Assembly (NCBI GenBank): GCA_905178155.1
Contig: CAJINV010000004.1
Span: 5,477,711 to 5,541,710, forward strand
DNA from: Amoebophrya sp. A120
Lineage: Eukaryota; Protista; Dinoflagellata
Direction: 5' to 3'
Length of the DNA stretch: 64,000 nt
Of the stretch, positions 61,444-64,000 are shown piece after piece. Numbering within the stretch: the stretch's first letter is position 1; the number at the start of each line of letters is the position of its first letter. The notes under the pieces are model-generated. The model worked only from the letters and a program-made list of their open reading frames with translations, was not told the origin of the DNA and searched no databases. The position numbers and the translations under genes are program-made.

Positions 61444-63344
61444 AAGTGCCGTATTGCGAACTGCCGTCAAACACGGCTCAGGTAGAAGAACCTCAGACAG
61501 ACAAATCAAGCTGCTCTGTTTCTGAATTCCAAGAAATATTATCGTGGGATGAGTCCCATCGTCCAGATTCTTTTCAAAAAATATATATTTCTTCGATCGA
61601 GTACCCATTTCTCTCCCTGCATCTGATTTGAGCGATTCCTTCTAGTCTCGATCTCCATCAAATTCGAATGATGATTCGTTTCATTCTGATCCGCAGATGA
61701 GTGATGCAATTCAACATCGGTTGAAGGCACACACGCTTACCCAAATGAATGAAACCGCATGCAGCAAACCATGCGTCCCGGACGATTCCGTGGCCCCACA
61801 GTTACCACAGTGTTCTGAAAGTATGGCACTACCATAGCCCCGCAAAGGCATCACAACTGGCGGGAGGGCGGGCCTCAGGCAGCACGATTGGGAGTATAGT
61901 CTAGCTCACATCAGAGCCGAAGGCTATGTGTGCTCTAGGGGTGAGGCCCACTGCCCGCCCCGCCACTTCTGAAGGACGCTCGCGGTGCGTTTCAGCGTTC
62001 GGGTGTGTGCTCGCGCACCACCAAACGGCGACCTTGCCCCCCTTCGGGGGCGGGGGCCGCTGTAGGCACCCATCGGTCCGTGAACGGACGAAGACCATAC
62101 AGTATGGGCATTGGCACCTGCATAATAGTTAAGATACTAAAAACAAAGTGGGGGCGCCACTAGAATCCATCGCGGTGTTTCTTGTCCTTTTTGTGAGTAT
62201 TTATCGCAGAAAGGAAGCCCCCGGGTCGTGTATTTGCTTTGCCACTGCATTTTTGACAATTCTGCCCGATTACTTTTACTGCCACAAGTTCTGCACGACT
62301 GCGCCGGAGAAATAGATTGTAGCGATCCGCACTACGATTATAGTGAGTTCCGGCCAGCTTGTCGGTGATGTGTATTTTTCGCTGACAGCCAGGAGAGATG
62401 ATTCTAGAAGTAGAAGCAAACACCTGATTGTCAGTAGGAATACCAGAACAGCTGGCTGTGCAGCAGTCCTGACTAATTGAAATGAGTTTTATTGAGCAGC
62501 AATAATATGATTATAAGATATCCAGGTTGAATAAAACGAGAATACAGTAGGCGAGAAGTCAAGCTTTTGAAAAGTTTTTTTGGGTTTCCAATATTTTGGG
62601 CGAGCAAGAATTGCAGTTCATTGTGTGGTTCGCTGCTGACAACAGTCTATTTTTACTGAGAATAATTATTCTGTTATTTAAGCAAAAAATATTTCTGTAG
62701 CAGCAATGTTAGTTTTTTCGAGGAGTAAGAAACGCAAAGGTGTACAAAGGTTATTCAAAAACAGTGCATTTGATGTACTTGTGGAAATGAAATAATCGCA
62801 TGACTAGGCCGATTTCCACAGGTACACTCTAGAAGTGCACGTTCTTGGGAACGAGGAAAAATACGTAGGACATTACAACGCAGTATGTCGATACAACAGA
62901 AAAAAGAGAAAACTCAGACACGTACGATAAGGTAATTTTACGACGCATTGAATGCCGTATCTTTCCAATTTAAAACTTATGTGTTTTATCTGGATGTGGG
63001 CGAGCAGACGAGTCCTGCATTTGGTTGAGGCGAGGTACTGAAAGAACTGATCAGGACAAGGAGAATAAAGTCATTTGTTTTGATATCACACGCGGAAAAA
63101 CAAAACAACCTGCGTGGCGGTGTCTCGAAAAACATCGTATAGAAAACTTGTTGGCCGGGGCCCGTGCGCGAGCAACTCAACGAGGACCTGCACTCAATCA
63201 CGTCGAAGAGGTCCTATTTTCGTGTTCAGTACAAGGGAAAAAAATCACGTGATTCTATTGCCCAAAATTGCACGACTTCAGCCCGCTCCGAGCGGATACG
63301 GCCGTAGAGTAGAATCATGCAAGTGAGTTGTACGGAAATCTGTC

Positions 63345-63548
63345 ATGCGCCGTCTCCGTCCGGTCTTTCCGTCGTTGGTATTGCTATGGAGCGCCAGATT
63401 TCTTTCACTTCCCTACCAGCACGCTGGGCCAGTGACGGAGGCCGCGCAGTTGCACGCACCGGCGGGGAAAAATAAATCCTCCACTTCCGCTGATAAAGGA
63501 GCTCCTGTTACTGCCGGGGATAAGCACAAAAAAACTGCGTTAGTGTAG
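63345..63548 (+). CDS. Possible first exon of a secreted protein
   Basis: Signal-peptide-like N-terminus MRRLRPVFPSLVLLWSA; downstream exons not resolved. Confidence 0.3.
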   Translation: MRRLRPVFPSLVLLWSARFLSLPYQHAGPVTEAAQLHAPAGKNKSSTSADKGAPVTAGDKHKKTALV

Positions 63549-64000
63549 GTGTCGCAAAAATCACTACTTTTTTTGATATGCAAAACTAAACAATTCTCAA
63601 GCTGCGGCGCAATGCCCGACCTGGTATGTGTTGACGTTTATGAGGCGAATTGATGTAGTCAAAACTAGCTACGGCTGCTTCGGTACATGTGAATAGTTAA
63701 GGAGGCAGGACTCCAAAAGCCCGAACGCTGAAAGTATAAGGAGGCCGAAAGTTCCAGAACCCGCGCGAGAATGGCGCTGACTGCAATTCGGGCAGGGAAA
63801 ACAGAACAGTGAAAGTGTAGGCCACATCCCGGAAAAGGGAAAACGACGAGTGTAGCAGAGAAACTCTTCTCCTTGGGGGGCTCAAAAGGACCCCCAGAAA
63901 TTGCACTACACTCATTCGGATCACTTTTCCAAGATGGCCATTTACACTGCTTCTTTTTTCTTTTTATAGGTGGGGATTAGGAAAGAGAAATTTGCGAGTG

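Larger units (their letters stand above)
46766..62131 (+). mobile_element. Giant (~15.4 kb) DIRS-like tyrosine-recombinase retrotransposon with imperfect ITRs
   Basis: RT, DIRS-type RNase H and tyrosine recombinase in that order. Left end taactagactgaggtgccgcccatgctgtttggtctgatgggtg matches the reverse complement of 62065-62131. No TSD seen. Confidence 0.85.

Overview
This is eukaryotic DNA in the standard genetic code, most likely from a syndinian dinoflagellate such as Amoebophrya (inferred from intron style). From left to right: (1) 0.7-7.4 kb holds a GC-rich 108-bp satellite with a 1664-bp higher-order duplication and a MITE with a 9-bp target-site duplication (TSD) and TTTAGGG repeats. 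(2) The + strand host genes include a nodulin-like MFS transporter, a very large cytosolic carboxypeptidase, a GyrI-like protein, a small Cys-rich secreted protein and a tandem CCCH zinc-finger protein. About 25 introner elements interrupt the larger genes. They have TAT...ATA terminal inverted repeats (TIRs) and 5-bp TSDs, and removing them restores the reading frame without GT-AG ends. (3) A foldback palindrome lies at about 35.4 kb, and an inactive copia RT fragment at 43-45.5 kb is bracketed by a 43-bp duplication. (4) The main find is a ~15.4-kb element at 46766-62131 with imperfect inverted terminal repeats (ITRs). It encodes RT, a DIRS-type RNase H, a tyrosine recombinase, a long gag-like region and accessory ORFs. 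Its ORFs are joined by seven frame-restoring GT/GC-AG introns, including one each in the RT and recombinase genes, and by five ORF junctions that are all +1 shifts. All splice models were derived by hand from DNA and need RNA confirmation.
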